Part shown: positions 24,700-37,790 of the stretch, piece by piece | Layout of the letters: each line of letters starts with the position of its first letter | How positions within the stretch are numbered: position 1 is the first letter of the stretch | Origin: Hypanus sabinus | Taxonomy: Eukaryota | NCBI RefSeq assembly: GCF_030144855.1 | Contig: NC_082713.1 | Span: 149,172,001-149,236,000, forward strand | Direction of reading: 5' to 3' | DNA length: 64,000 bases | Made by a program: the position numbers and the translations under genes | Notes under the pieces: generated by a model | Told to the model about the DNA's origin: nothing | Seen by the model: only the letters and a program-made list of their open reading frames with translations | The model's database searches: none

Positions 24700-25865
24700 A
24701 TATACTGTAAGAGGGAGACTGAGAATATGATTGAGTAGTGCCACAAAAACAACAACCTCTCTCTCAATGGCAGTCAAGCCAAAGAGCTGATTATCAACTG
24801 CAGGAGGAAGAAGCCAGAGGTCCATGAGCCAATCCTCATTGGGGGCTTGGAGGCAGAGAGGATCAGTAGCTTTAAATTCCTTGGCATTATCATTTCAAAG
24901 GACCTGTCCTGGGACCAGCACATAAGTGTCAACACAAAGGCGTGTCACCAAAATCTTTGACAAACTTCTATCGATGTACAGTGCAGTGTATCCTGACCGG
25001 TTGCATCATGGCCTGGTCTGGAAACACCAGTGCCCAGGAATGGAAAGTCTACACACTGACTGCACAGCCAAACTCTTGAGTAATCACATCGTCAAGTTCA
25101 CCGATGACACAAGAGTGGTGGGGTTCTTCACCAACAACAATGAGATGGCCTGCAGAGTGGAGATGGAAGAGCACAAGGCCCGGTGTCAGGCAACTGACCT
25201 CTGCTTCAATGTCAACAAGACAAAGGAGATGGCTCTTAAGGAGTGCCCGCACCACTCATGCCCCTGTTTACATCAGTGACACAGCTACAGGCAGTTTCAA
25301 ACTCCTGGGTGTGCACGTCTTGCACAACCTCTCATGGTCCAAGAACCCATCGTACACAATCAGGAAAGCTCACCAATGCCTCAGCATTCTGAGGAGGCTG
25401 AAGAGATCTGTGCATGTGGCATTCTACAGAAGCATGGTAGAGAACACCCTAACAAGCTGCATCACTACATGGCATGGAAACTACACTACAGTGTACAGGA
25501 AGGCTCTACAACGTATAGTCAAAACTACCCAGTGCATCACTGTCACCGGCCTACCTACCATCAAGGACATACAGAAAGGTGCCAGAAAAAAAGGTCCAGT
25601 AACATCATAAAGGATCCCACCCACCCTGCCCATGGACTGTTTGTCCCAGTCCAGTCAGGGAGGAGGCTGTGTATATCCACGCCAGGACCGCCAGACTCAA
25701 AAACAGTCACTTTCCCCAACCAGTAAAGCTGATCAATACCGCCACCCGCTAACATGCCCCTCAGCACCACTACTTTATCATTTCCTTTCAGTCATCTTAT
25801 GAACAGACGCTCCTGTGCCTTACCATCACTTAATCAACAGACAATCAATCTATGTATATTAGCTA
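24700..25865 (+). mobile_element. Nested Rex1/Babar-like LINE fragments
   Basis: HTDCTAKLLSNHIVKFTDDTRVVG...FNVNKTKEM; SFKLLGVH...RKAHQCLSILRRLKR...FYRSMVENTLTSCITTWHGN. Confidence 0.8.
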
Positions 25866-26419
25866 GCTTCCACAATCTGTTACACCATTGGTGTTTAGGG
25901 AAGCAGTGAAGGTCCTTCATCTCTGGCAGTGTTCCGAGCTTCCTTCATTGTGTCAGAGGCTTCCTCTCGGTGTTCACAACTGTCAGTTACGCTGGAGACT
26001 CAGGAATACCGTTCTACACAGGTGTAGACATAGTTACATCTGTTGTGTTTTTTATTATTATTGTGTTCCTTAAATTATTAAGTGTTTTTGGATCCAGAGT
26101 AACGATCATTTCATTCTCCTTTATACTTGTGTACTGGAAATGACATTATGAAAAAGTGATAGATACAGCCCAGTCCATTGCAAGTGAAGCCCTCCCCATA
26201 ACTGACTACATTTATATGGAACGCTGCCACAGGAAAGCAGCATCTTTCATCAAGGACCCCTACCACCCAGGCCATGCTGTCTTCTTGCTACTATCATCGA
26301 GCAGGAAGTAGAGAACCCTTAGGTCCCACACCACTTGGTTCAGAAACATTATTATCCTACAAACATCAGGCTCTTGAACTGATGTGGATATCTCTACCTA
26401 TCTATCTATGTATTTATTT

Positions 26420-26690
26420 ATTTAGTTAGTTAGTTCCAGCCTTTTGAGCTGCACTGGCCAGAAACCTCCAACAATCTCTGAATTAGCCCTCACAGCATCA
26501 CGGAGTAATTTACAATGACCAATTAACCTGCTATCTGGTACGTCTGTAGACTGTGGGAAGAAACCGGAGGACCCAGACAAACCCCACACATTCCACGGGG
26601 ATGTCATACAGACTCCTTACGGATGACGTTAGAATTGAACTCTGAACTCCAACATTCTGAACTGTAATAGGGTCGTACTACCATGACGCC
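26420..26690 (-). mobile_element. V-SINE copy
   Basis: Minus strand GTGTGGGGTTTGTCTGGGTCCTCCGGTTTCTTCCCACAGTC, with a (TAAC/TAAA)n tail at about 26410-26432. Confidence 0.75.
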
Positions 26691-26999
26691 CTTCAGTCAC
26701 TTCCACTCTGAACTCAAACTATGACTTACAGACTCATTTTAAAGGACTCTTTACAACTCATTTTCTCAGTTTATCTTCTTTTGCTCATTGGTTGTTGGTC
26801 AGTCTTTGTCTGTTTAGGTATCATTTTCATTAAATTCTATTGTATTTCTTTTATCCTGTAAATGTTTGCAAGAAAATGAACCTCAGGGAAGTATATGGTG
26901 AACTTCAATTTACTTTGAACTTTGAAAGGAGCAACATAATAAAATAGGATGGTAAAGAAGGTGTAAGTATACTTCCTTTATTAGTTGGGGCACTACTTG

Positions 27000-27800
27000 A
27001 GGAGTGACTTGGACCTGCCTCAATTCACAACAGGTCAACAGCAGATGCCATTTCATTGGCTCTTCACTCCACCCTGGAACATCTGAACAGTGAAGGTACA
27101 TACATCAGGATGCTCTTTATTGACTACAACTCCACAGTCAACATGATCCTTCCCTTAGAACTAATCAATAAGCCCCAAGACTTGGGCCTCGATACTTCCT
27201 TGAGCAATTGGATGCTCAATTTCCTCAGCTGAAGTTAGGACTGGCAACAATATCTTCTCCACAATCACATTAGCACAGGTGCACCACAAGGCAGTGTGCT
27301 CTGCTCACTTTATATCGCAAACGGTCAGTTGCTTTAAATTCCTCAACATTATTATCTCAGAGGATTTAACTAGGTCCAGCATGGACCTGCACCATTTAGG
27401 CCATGCTCTCTTCTTGCTGCTGCTATCAGGAAGAAGGTACAGGAGCATCAGGACCCACACCACCAGATTCAGGAACAGTTATTACCCCTCAGCCAACAGG
27501 CTTTTGAAGCAGATGGGATAACTTCACCCAACTTCACTTACTCCTAACAGTGAACTGATGCCACAACCTATGGACTCACTTTCAAGAACTCATGTTCTTG
27601 ATATTTGTTGCTTATTTATTTATGAGTATCATTTTGTTTATTCCCTTTCTGTATGTGTAGTTTTTTGTCTTTTACACATTGGGCGTTTGTCCGTCTTTGT
27701 TGTGTGCAGATTTTCTTTGTATCTACTGTGAATGTCCACAAGAAAGTTAACGTCAGGGTTGTATATAGTGACATGGTGATAATAAATTGACTTTGAACTT
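27000..27800 (+). mobile_element. Rex1-like LINE fragments and 3' UTR
   Basis: Degenerate YIRMLFIDYNST (RT motif) near 27100; GRRYRSIRTHTTRFRNSYYPSANRLL; tail TGACTTTGAACTTT. Confidence 0.7.
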
Positions 27801-28499
27801 TTGAGTATAAATATTGGCAATTCATTTTGCAATTGTATAAAACCTTAGCTTGACTACTTATGGAGTATTGTGTGCAGCTTTGGTCCTTGCTTTGCTTGAA
27901 TGATCCAGAGGATTTAGAGAGGCTGCAACATAAGCTCACCAGGTTTTTGCCTGAATTAGAGAGAGTGCAGTTTTCGCTGTAAGGAGAGATTGAACAAATT
28001 TTCTCTGGAGTATTGGACGTTGAGGGGTGGCCTGACAGCAGTATATAAAATTATGAGAGAGATATTCACAGTCTTTATCGCATGGGGGAATTGTCAAACT
28101 TTGAAGTTTTACGGAGAGGTTGGTGAATGTACATGGAACACGGTGCCATTTGATGGGGTAGGGTAAGAGATAGACCATAAGCAAGCAGGTGGCATTAGTT
28201 TAAATTGGCATTAAAGTAAGCACGGCATGATAGGCGGAAAGATCAGATGATGTGCAGTACTGTTCGATATAATGGGAACCATACAGTCCAGTTCACTCGA
28301 GTTGCTGTTATATCTCAGAGTTCAGATTTCATATTCATGTACATCGAAGCGCACAGTAGAAATCGTTTAACAACCAACACTACTTAAGCACCGACAAACA
28401 GTAATTCTTTATATACAGTATTTCGTGTTGTTTACTGTGTGTTCATTCCAGTTTGACCCTTTAAATATATTGAATGTTGTGTAAAATAGAGGAGCAATG

Positions 28500-28993
28500 T
28501 TTGACAAACTACCTTTATAATTAGATAGTCCCGTCTCCCAGAGACACGACCGATATCGGCACGTACCCGATAACATCAATGGGTTGCGGAAAACATTTGG
28601 TACAGTCAGAGTGCCTTTAAATGGTGAAGTAGGTGAAAAGCAGATTGGGCAGATTGTTGCCTTTTACGGTCGGTGATTGGTTGTTGAAAACGGAACGAGA
28701 AATGACGAGTCTTAAATGAGAAGGAAACCAGATTCAACAAACTAGCGAGCCGATCCGGAGGCTCTTTCTGAAATTTCTTGAAAAGTGAACAAGTGTGAGG
28801 TGGGTGCATGTCACGTGTACAGCAAGTTTCTGTCGTTGAACACAACTGTGCACACCAATGCTGATGCGCTGCCAGGAGCCGGCCTTTCGTGCGAGGCGAA
28901 GACCAATGCGCAGGTCTGAGTAAATGTAAATAAAGGCTGAAGCTGCCCACTTAAGGAAAGCGACTGCACGATCGGGCGTTCCACCCTGCCACA
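28500..28993. promoter_or_regulatory. CpG-rich KLHL42 promoter/5' UTR, probably bidirectional with MANSC4
   Basis: Local CpG enrichment. ATTGG at 28644 and 28676; CCAAT at 28855 and 28903; GTCACGTG E-box at 28810-17; TGCGCA at 28907; Kozak GCCACAATG at the KLHL42 start. Confidence 0.65.
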
Positions 28994-29754
28994 ATGTCCT
29001 CCGACCAAATCATTGCGATCTCGATAGAAGATAAGACGTACAATGTCAGCAAAAGGAAGTTAATCGAGAAAAGCGACTACTTCAGAGCTCTTTATGAGTC
29101 TGGGATGAAGGAATCCGAAGGGGATTCGGTTCAACTGCAGGGATTGAGTGTTCATGGACTAGAGCTCGTGATTGAATTCATCAACACCTCCAAAGTACAT
29201 TTTGATAACGACACCCTGGAAGATTTAGTGGAAACGGCGTCTTTTCTGCAAGTCACTTCCATATTAGAACTGCTGCTCTCAGAGCTTAAGGTGGACAACT
29301 GTGTGGAGTTGTATAAACTTTCTGAGATTTATGGAATCGATGATCTAATGAATGCTTCCCTCAGGTTTATGGCGTGGCACTACCACCCTATGCTCAGGAG
29401 ACAAGCATTTAGGTATCTGCCGAACACTTTGCGTCACCAGATTAAGGAGATGCGATTTAAAGGCACAGCTGTGTTGGTGGCAGTTGGAGACTTCTTCAGT
29501 ACTTCCTTGGACCTGGCTCCAGGTGAACCGTGGTCGATGCTGAGATACGATGAAGTCGCCCAGAAATGGTTTCCCCTTGCTAACAGTCTCCCCCCTGACA
29601 TGGTGAACGTGAGGGGTTATGGCTCAACTGTATTGAATAATTACCTCTTTATCGTGGGTGGCTACAGGATGACCAGTCAGGAGATTGCGGCAGCACATTG
29701 TTACAATCCCTGCAAAAACGAATGGAATCAGATTTCGCCAATGAATCAAAAAAG
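28994..29754 (+). CDS. KLHL42: Kelch-like protein 42, exon 1 (BTB, BACK, first kelch repeats)
   Basis: MSSDQIIAISIEDKTYNVSKRKLIEKSDYFRALYESGMKE...PLANSLPPDMVNVRGYGSTVLNNYLFIVGGYRMTSQEIAAAHCYNP...SPMNQKR matches KLHL42. Donor AG|GTGCTA at 29755, phase 2. Confidence 0.95.
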
Positions 29755-30330
29755 GTGCTAGCATGATATAATGCATTCTTGCCACTTGATAATATTTGAG
29801 ATGCTTTCTCCCACTCTATCTCCGCCATAATTATACAAAATTAATTTGCTTAAAGTAAGTTTAATGTTCCCACCCCTGAAAATAACTGTCAAAAGTCTTG
29901 AGCAATGTCTTTACAAGTTGTATGTAATGGGTAAAACGTGTTAAATTCATCAAGAAGAGTTTATCAGCTGAGATGCTCTTACCACCATTGCAGCCTGTTC
30001 ATTCCTAAATGTAACATTTGCAACAAAGTTAAATCAAACGGTGTTTTTGAAGTCCAGTAAATTGGTTGAAATTATTTGGTTGATGCCATTTGCCTTCCAC
30101 TATTACACAGGTGAGAGTATGATTTTGTTTCATTTCCATCAATCATTTCATGCCAGAATTTAAAATAGAACACAAATCTTTTAAAGGAGGATGTGTCAGT
30201 GTATTTATTGTATAAAATAAACCACTCAAAGAACTCAGCAGATCAAGCAGCCTCTGTGGAGGCAAAAGGTGGTCAATGTTTAGTCTTGAGATACTTTATC
30301 AGAACTGAGAGTAGAGAGAAGCAGGCAGTA

Positions 30331-30966
30331 CAGTGGATTCTGGTTAATTTGGAAACATTGGGACCAGTACATTTTGGCCTAATTAAGCAGCTTCCCAATT
30401 AGCTGGTTTCATGGAAATAGAAAGGTATTAAAAAGACAAACTACCATTTAACTGATTAACAAATTATGTATTTAGATTAAAATCATAACAACTCTGAACA
30501 CTATCTACAATACTATAAAACTGTGTATTAGTTCCTAATAGTTAACAATGGAGGAATTGATCCAGTAAATACATTCTTTTGATTGACTGTAAATGAACAA
30601 ACTCAGTGCAGACACCCAGTGGACTGCCTTTCATTGTAACATTCAAGAAACCTTCAAATCGTTTATAGTTCTTAACCTATTGTAGTATTGAAATAATTTC
30701 GTTTTCACTCCTGACCATTCATGGCTTCTCCTGACCTCAATGCTTGAAACCACAGTGAGCAAAACAGTTTGGGATTGTCTTGCTGCTTATTTCTCACCAA
30801 CTATCAGTGATAAAACTCACTGCTTTTTGAACACAAGTGCACACAACTGATGCTATTTTAAAAATTGTTTGCATGATGTAGTGCTTAATGGCCATAAGTG
30901 TGCACACATCTGACACTAGTTAGAATCTGTTCGGCAACAGTTTTGTGCCCCAGTTAAGTGGCATAG
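30331..30966 (+). mobile_element. pogo/Tigger-like DNA transposon remnant
   Basis: Begins TA|CAGTGGATTCTGGTTAATT with repeated CCCAATTA/CCTAATTAAGC subterminal motifs, which recur near 30950. The right TIR is not seen because it is interrupted by a PLE piece. Confidence 0.55.
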
Positions 30967-31084
30967 GACCGCTGAAGTGTCTTGGGCCAAAATGTCAACT
31001 TTTTATTCCTTTCCATAGACGCCACAGATGCAGTCTGACCTCCTGAGTTCCTCCAGCATTGTGTGTGTGTGTGTGTGTGTGTGT
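30967..31084 (+). mobile_element. PLE-derived terminal module with expanded (TG)n
   Basis: Degenerate hammerhead region GAAGTGTCTTGGGCCAAAATGTCAAC, then TGACCTCCTGAGTTCCTCCAGCATT and (TG)~12. Confidence 0.7.
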
Positions 31085-32040
31085 ATGTCCTTATCAATCT
31101 GCTCATAAGACTGTAATTGTAGAATACTTGGTAAGTATGTTTTCTCAGTGAGCAAGAACTCCACATCCAGCAAGGGACACCAACCAACAAGTGTTGCAAT
31201 TCTAGCACTGATCCCTTTGCACAATAAAGCCTGTATGCTTCTCTCTGGACCAAACTATGTTAAGGACATGGGCCTATAACAAGCTAAAATGCAGTACAGC
31301 CCATTACTTATTATTTTAAGCATCCATTAAGTTATCTTATTTGTGCAGCCTTCAGAACAATTGGGTGAGTTTTGTTACAATGTGACTATCATCTTCTTGT
31401 TCGTTACCCAGATATACATGAATCTCAGAACTTCAATACAAAACTGAATGTTTTTTCTTCTGATTTTGAGTACATTCCCCCCCCCGGCCAAGTCCAGTAT
31501 GTACCAAGCAACTCTCCAATTTTATTTTGAGTTTTTTCAAATTCTTAACACAGGGTTGTGTTTGGTGCAGAGCTGATGTTTTTTAAAAAAAGGATCTAAA
31601 TTTAGTCCCTCTTGACAGTGCTCAACTCTCTTGTTTAGTGACTATAAGTGTGGAATCTAAAATGGGCTAGATCAATCCCAGGCTTTTGGATGCCTGCCCA
31701 CAGCACTAAGTTATTTTCAACTGAGCGCCAATGAGCCCTATATCATTAATCTCACTTGATGAAAAGCAGTGATTGGTGGGAGCTCAGAGAAATAACATTA
31801 ATCCAGTAGAACATGTATTAGAAGTGAAGATTGTGGTGATACTTGTTGAGAGCAGAGTAAAGGAACTTTAGTCTGTATTTAACCATATCTCACCTGAATC
31901 TGGGAATGGTTGAGAGTGCTGATCAAAATATTTTCTTGCCTAACATTTGCATGCCTCATTGTTGCCTCATTGTTATTTAATAGTCAAATTCTATATTCTT
32001 GTTAAGCTGTGTTCTCAATTTTTTTAAAATTTTCTTTCAG

Positions 32041-32234
32041 ATCAAATTTTAAGCTTCTGGCTGTATGTGGGAAGTTGTATGCTGTAGGTGGACACTCACT
32101 TAGCAATGTGGAATGCTACAATCCTGAGATGGATTGGTGGAGTTTTGTAGCTTCAATGCCAGATACTCTTGTGGAGTTCTCGGCTTGTGAATGCAAAGGA
32201 ATGATCTATGTAATAGGTGGATATACAACACGGG
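32041..32234 (+). CDS. KLHL42: KLHL42 exon 2 (kelch repeats), 194 bp
   Basis: Acceptor tttctttcAG at 32040. Reads (R)SNFKLLAVCGKLYAVGGHSLSNVECYNPEMDWWSFVASMP...IYVIGGYTTR. Donor G|GTGAGT at 32235. Confidence 0.95.
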
Positions 32235-33174
32235 GTGAGTTGTCATTTTTTATTAGCATATCTTTTGGAGAGGTTCGTCTTTCTACTTAATCAGAGATTC
32301 TAACAAATAAAGCCATTGTTGCTCTTGCAACTGGCAGGACAGTAGTGTGGAGACATCAATTTGATCTTCCATTATATTGTCATGGTCTGGTCTTGGCTGC
32401 ATGCTGTAAATAGAAGCTTGGAGTTTATATTCAGATTAGTAAGAAAAGGATGTACAGGGCTTTCTGCCAAGAAATAATATGCCCATATATGAAAGTTTAA
32501 CACCAAGGTGACCCTATGCCATTTTCTATAGTAATTGAACCAAAGGTATTGTCAGTTTTGATAGTAGAATATCTTGCGCATCAACTTTTCAAAACCTGGT
32601 ATTCTGTGCAATCAAGAATATTGGTAAAAGAGTTATGTCATTTTGACTCAGTTACTTTTAAAAAGCTGCTTCCTTCCCATCATTCAGTGTAGTTTTTCTA
32701 TTATTCATGTAACACCATGGTCCTGAAAAACATTGTCTCATTTTTACTATATACTGTACCGGCAGTTATGGTCGAAACGAGAATAAAAAGCAACTTGACT
32801 TGATTTGTATCAAAAATAATTGGCCAGTTTGCAATCATCACCAATGCCATTTCCCATTAGAAGATTTAAAAGCTGATTAATATCAAACTTTTCTCCCCGT
32901 TTTACTGAGATATGAGATTTGTAGCAGGAATTTGTGTCCCTACGAAATCAGTTTGCTGAACAAAGGTCTGAAAATTTCTATTCTTAAAGGCAAAAAATGT
33001 TTCCTGAAAGCTCTGTCAGCTATTGGTACTCAGACAGCATTGTAATAGGACTGAATTGATTGCTGTACGAGCAGCCAGCACAAACATTGAGCTAGTTAAC
33101 AGCCACCTGTGCTTGTTCTTTGATTCCAGAAGATTATTGCATTTGGTAGTTTTTTCAAAGTTTCCACCTAGCTG

Positions 33175-33925
33175 AAAGTTCAAAGTAAAATTAATATCAA
33201 AGTACATATATATCACCATTATTACCCTAAGGTTCATTTTCTTGAGGGCATAATCACTCTATAATAGAATAAGAACCATAATAGAAACAATGAAAGACTG
33301 CATGAATTTGGACCTTCAACCAGAGCACAAAAGACAAAGTATGCAAATATAAAATGAAAGAAATAATAGTAATATAAATAAGCAGTAAATATTGAGAACA
33401 TGAGATGAAGAGGCCTCAAAAGTGAGGCCATTGGTTGTGGCAACATTTCAATCATGGGCAAATAAAGTATCACCTTTGGTTCAAAAGCCTGATGGTTGAG
33501 GAGTAGTAACTGTTCCTGAACTTGGTGGTGTGAGTCCCGAGGCTCCTGTACCTTCCTGATGGCAGTGTTGAGAAGGAAGCATGTCCTGGTTGCTGGATGA
33601 TGATGGGTGATGCTTTCTCGCGGCAATGCTTTGTGCAGATGTACTCAATGTTGTAGAGGGCTTTACCTGTGATCGGCCATATCCATTACTTTCTGTAGGA
33701 TTTTCTTTTCAAAGGTTTCCATACCAGGCTGTGATGCAGCCAGTTAATATACTCTCCAGCACACATCTATAGAAGTTGGACAAAGTTTTACATGTCATGC
33801 CGAATCTCCACAAACTCCTATGGTTGTCGAGGCTGCCATGCTTTCTTCATAATTGCACTTGCATGCTGGGCCCAGGACAGGTTCTCCAAAACAAAAACAC
33901 AGGAATTTAAAGTTGCTGACCCTCT
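33175..33925 (-). mobile_element. Rex1-like LINE 3' fragment in KLHL42 intron 2
   Basis: Minus strand CCATCAGGAAGGTACAGGAGCCTCGGGACTCACACCACCAAGTTCAGGAACAGTTACTACT, with a TTTGAACTTT tail. Same family as 27400-27800 and 46000-47075. Confidence 0.75.
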
Positions 33926-34152
33926 CCATCTCTTTTGTTTAAGAGTTTCTGCAAGACGTAGCCTTGTGTACTTCCTGTTCCAGTAGATGTCAGTGGAGCC
34001 AATTTTTGTCTTTCTCTGTTAAAATCTGTAATAAATGAGAAGTTTAAGTAATACCTTCAGAAGCCAAAACTGAATTGAGAGTGTTATAGTGCTGTAATGC
34101 TTGTTTAAATTTATTTTGTTTTTCAATCACTTAAAATTACTTCCAATTCCAG

Positions 34153-34598
34153 AGAGAAATATGAACATATTACGATACTGCCCTACATTGGATGCCTGGA
34201 CTGTCATAGAATCCTGTGAGGCTCATATTCGTAAACAACAAATGGTTTCTGTGGAAGATACCATTTACCTTGTGGGTGGCTGCATTCATGAGAAAGGCGG
34301 AAGTAAAAAGGGAACTCGTACTGAAGACATGCTCACTGTACAGTCATACAACGTGAGCAGTAGGGAATGGCTGTACCTTAAGGAGAACACATCAAAATCT
34401 GGACTAAATTTAACTACTACGTTGCACAATGATGGAATCTATATCATAAGCAGAGATTTTACACTATCAACCAGCCTTGAACATCGTGTATTCTTGAAAT
34501 ACAATATATTTTCAGATATGTGGGAAGCATTCCGACGGTTTCCACCATTTGGTCAGAACATTTTGCTTTGCTCATTGTATTACCCTAATGGACTTTAA
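34153..34598 (+). CDS. KLHL42: KLHL42 exon 3 (last coding exon)
   Basis: Acceptor ttccAG at 34152. Reads (E)RNMNILRYCPTLDAW...HIRKQQMVSVEDTIYLVGGC...LKENTSKSGLNLT...STSLEHRVFLKYNIFSDMWEAFRRFPPFGQNILLCSLY. Joined CDS is 761+194+446=1401 nt (466 aa). Confidence 0.95.
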
Positions 34599-35263
34599 CA
34601 GTGTTGTTTGGTGTGAAAATGCAGTTGATATTTGTGCAGGAAGATCACTAAATGATTAACAATTTGTTTATTTTATGCTATTACTCTCAAGTAAAAGAGT
34701 TAAACTGATCGCTGCTCTCAGGTAGTGAGTTTAAAAAAAACTAAGACATTAGAGATTGTTGCACAAACAATAGCTGGCTGCTACACAGAAGGACCTCCAT
34801 AAATATAGTACTTGGAAACTAAGCCAGGCATCATTAATAAAAGGCTAAGAATGATGGATTGCTTTAGATTGCAAATACATAATGAATTCTATTTATTGAT
34901 CTAAGGTACTGATCTGCATGCTTGCAGTACAGTGATTAGTCTTGACCTTTCAGGAAATTGGCAAAGCTACCTTCCAGTAAAGCATGATGTTAGACCTGTA
35001 AGTGAAACAATGATGTGCCTTTAATTCAGTATATGTATACTATAATTACAATTAATTTTAAAAGCTTTTGGGGCTACTCCACAATGCAGCAGTTTCTAAT
35101 TTAATTTATATAAACAGTTCACCAGCTTTCTGATTTGCATATCACTGTGGTTTTACATCTAATTGAGTTTTTGAAATGCAAATTTCTGAACTCCATCAAG
35201 TTTACATTGAAAAATGAATCCATTGCAAAGTCTTAATTCAACATTTCTCTCTATCTTTATATC

Positions 35264-35269
35264 AATAAA
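35264..35269 (+). terminator. Candidate KLHL42 poly(A) signal (a proximal AATAAA also at 34836-41)
   Basis: AATAAA followed by a GT/T-rich downstream element (TTTTGTTGTATATTTGTGTG). Confidence 0.5.
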
Positions 35270-35837
35270 TTATTTTGTTGTATATTTGTGTGACAATATT
35301 GAGCACGCAGGCCTAAAGTGGATTTGACGGGATGACAGTTCTAAGTTAACAATGAGTCTTTGGCAGACTAATAAATTATTAATTTGTACTGTTAGAAGTC
35401 TCTAATATATTAAAATATTGCTGTTGTGTATTTGTCATTGTGTCAACCTCTTCGATAATTTCTTATGCTTGCAGTTACAGTGGAATTGGGTCCTGGGAGC
35501 TTGTTACCTCTTGGCAAATTACAGCGTCACATTTGCTGATCAGCCTCTTCTGGATAAAGGGGTATTAGTTGATGTAAAGTGTGTAGATTTTCAAAGGCAT
35601 TTCGTAAGGTGCCATGTAAGCACAAAGTAAGATTGTGTGATTGGGGGTAATAAAGAGGAATTTAGAGAATGTTCTCAAGTTGATTCCTTGATTGGCCATG
35701 CTATCTAATGAGGTTACGCCGATACATAAACAAGCTTAAAGACTCAAAGGTTTTCTCATTGAAATACGAGATACAAGGGGGACGTGAAAGAATGGATGCT
35801 GAAAGCTTATTTCCCTTTATGAAGGAGTCTAGAATCG

Positions 35838-36215
35838 GCAGCACACACAAAATGCTGGAGAGACACAGCAGGTCAGGCAGTGTCTATTTTGTGGAAGAAA
35901 CAACTGATGTTTCAGCCTGATACCCTTCATCATTTCTGCAAAGGGAAGGGACAAGGCCCAGAATGAGAAGGTGAGGGAAGATGAGGAATACAAGCTGCCA
36001 GATGATATGTGAGGCCAGATGGGTGAGTGAGGAAGAGGGATGAAATGACAGGTGGAGAAGTGATGGGTGGAAGAAGTAAAGAGCTGAAGAAGAAGAAATC
36101 TAGTAGGAGAAGATAGTGGACCAATGAAGAAAGGAAAGAAAGAGGGGAAACCAGAGGAAGGTAATGGGCATGTGAGGAGATGAGAAGAGGTGAGAGGGTA
36201 ACTGGGGCAATGGGT
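35838..36215 (-). mobile_element. PLE-derived fragment (terminal module plus GA/CT-rich UTR) inserted in a CR1 remnant
   Basis: CACACACAAAATGCTGGAGAGACACAGCAGGTCAGGCAG...GATGTTTCAGCCTGATACCCTTCATCA (degenerate hammerhead on minus), followed by a purine-rich tract. Confidence 0.7.
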
Positions 36216-37274
36216 GCTGAACTCGTGTATCAAGAGCAAATCTGCTCCACAGAATCTGAAACTTTGGAATACTCAAGCACAGAGAGCAGCAGGATAAGAC
36301 AAATCATTGAATATATTTATATCATGGTGAGCTAAATCAATACTAACGGGACTGGAAACTAGCAGAAAATAGATTTAAGATAAATGGATTGTTTCAGGGT
36401 GAAAATCTGTAACCAGTGGCCTGTACAGACATTGGTGCCAGGATGTCAACTATTTGTAATCTACATTATGACCAAGAATAGCCAGGTTTTTGATGGTAAA
36501 TAGAAAGATCGATAGGAACGCTAGTTATGAGAAGGACAAAATGCAAAAGAATATAAACAGGTAATGTGAGTAATCAACAGTTTATCAGATGGAGTATGAT
36601 GGGGATGTGATAAAAAGAATAGAAATGCAAAATAAATAAATGGAAAGAGATTACAGAATGCCACTGTTCAGAAGAATTTAAATTACCTTGTATATGAAGC
36701 AGTGAAAGTTACAATGCAGGTGCAGAAAGATGCTAGGAAAGGAGTTATTTATTCCAAAAGATGAAATATATAACAATGGATATCATGCTGTACCACACAC
36801 AAATGAGACCAAGGCTAGAATAGTGCATGCAGTTTTGGTCTCCTGTGTGGAGATAGTTTACAGAAGGCTTACTCAATTGATCCTTCGTTGCCCTATGAGA
36901 AAAGGTTAAGCTGGTTCGGCTGGTATACATTGAAGCTTAGAAGAAGAATAAGTAATCTTGTTGAAGTATATGAGATGTTAATGGGCATTGGAAAGTAAAG
37001 GTTGAAATCATTCCAACAGTAAAGTGGTCTAGAATTAAGGGGACAGTTACAGAATATTTATAATAGTAACAAATTTAGTGACAGATGTATGATCAGTAGT
37101 TATCATTCAATCTTATTGTTAAAGGATACTTGCGCTTGAAATGAAAGACTTAAGAACAGAGGTTTTGAACAAATTTAGGTGCTTAAATGGAATTCAGTAC
37201 TATCATAGTTGCACTATCACAGTGGATGTTTTGAATGTATTAGACAATAGTTAGCTACTTATCTGTTAATAAGA

Positions 37275-37790
37275 CCATAAGGTATAGGAGCAGAATTAGG
37301 CCATTTGGCCCATTGAATCTGCTCTGCCATTTCATCATGGCTGATCCATTTTTCATCTCAGCCCCAATCTTATGCCTTCTCCCCTTACACAAAAGTGCAT
37401 GACTGTACACTTCCTGACACTGTATTCCATCTGTCATTTCTTTTTCCATCCTCCTAATCTGTCCAATTCCTTCTGTAACCTCTTTACCTCCTCAAAGCTA
37501 CCTGCCCCTCCACCTATCTTCGTATCATCTCAAACTTTGCAACAAAGTCATCAATTCCGTCATCTAAATCATTGACATATAATGTAAAAAGAATCAGTCC
37601 CAACTCAGACTCCTGTGTAACACCAGGAGTCACAGGAACCCAACCAGAAAAGGCTCCTGTTATTCTCAATCGTTGCCTCCTGCCAATCAGCCACTGCTTT
37701 ATCCATGTTAGAATCTTTCCTGTAACACCATGGGCTCATAGCTTGTTAAGCAGCCTCGTGTGTGGCACTTTGTCAAAGGCCTTCTGGACA
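37275..37790 (-). mobile_element. CR1 LINE fragments (3' end joined to an RT segment)
   Basis: Minus strand QKAFDKVPHTRLLNKL-like segment near 37740-37785. CR1 3' hairpin GGGCCAAATGGCCTAATTCTGCTCCTATA near 37285-37312. Confidence 0.75.

Noticed and set aside
31550-31970. Possible ancient SINE remnants in KLHL42 intron 1
   Set aside because: Only faint resemblance from memory; too degraded to call without a profile search.
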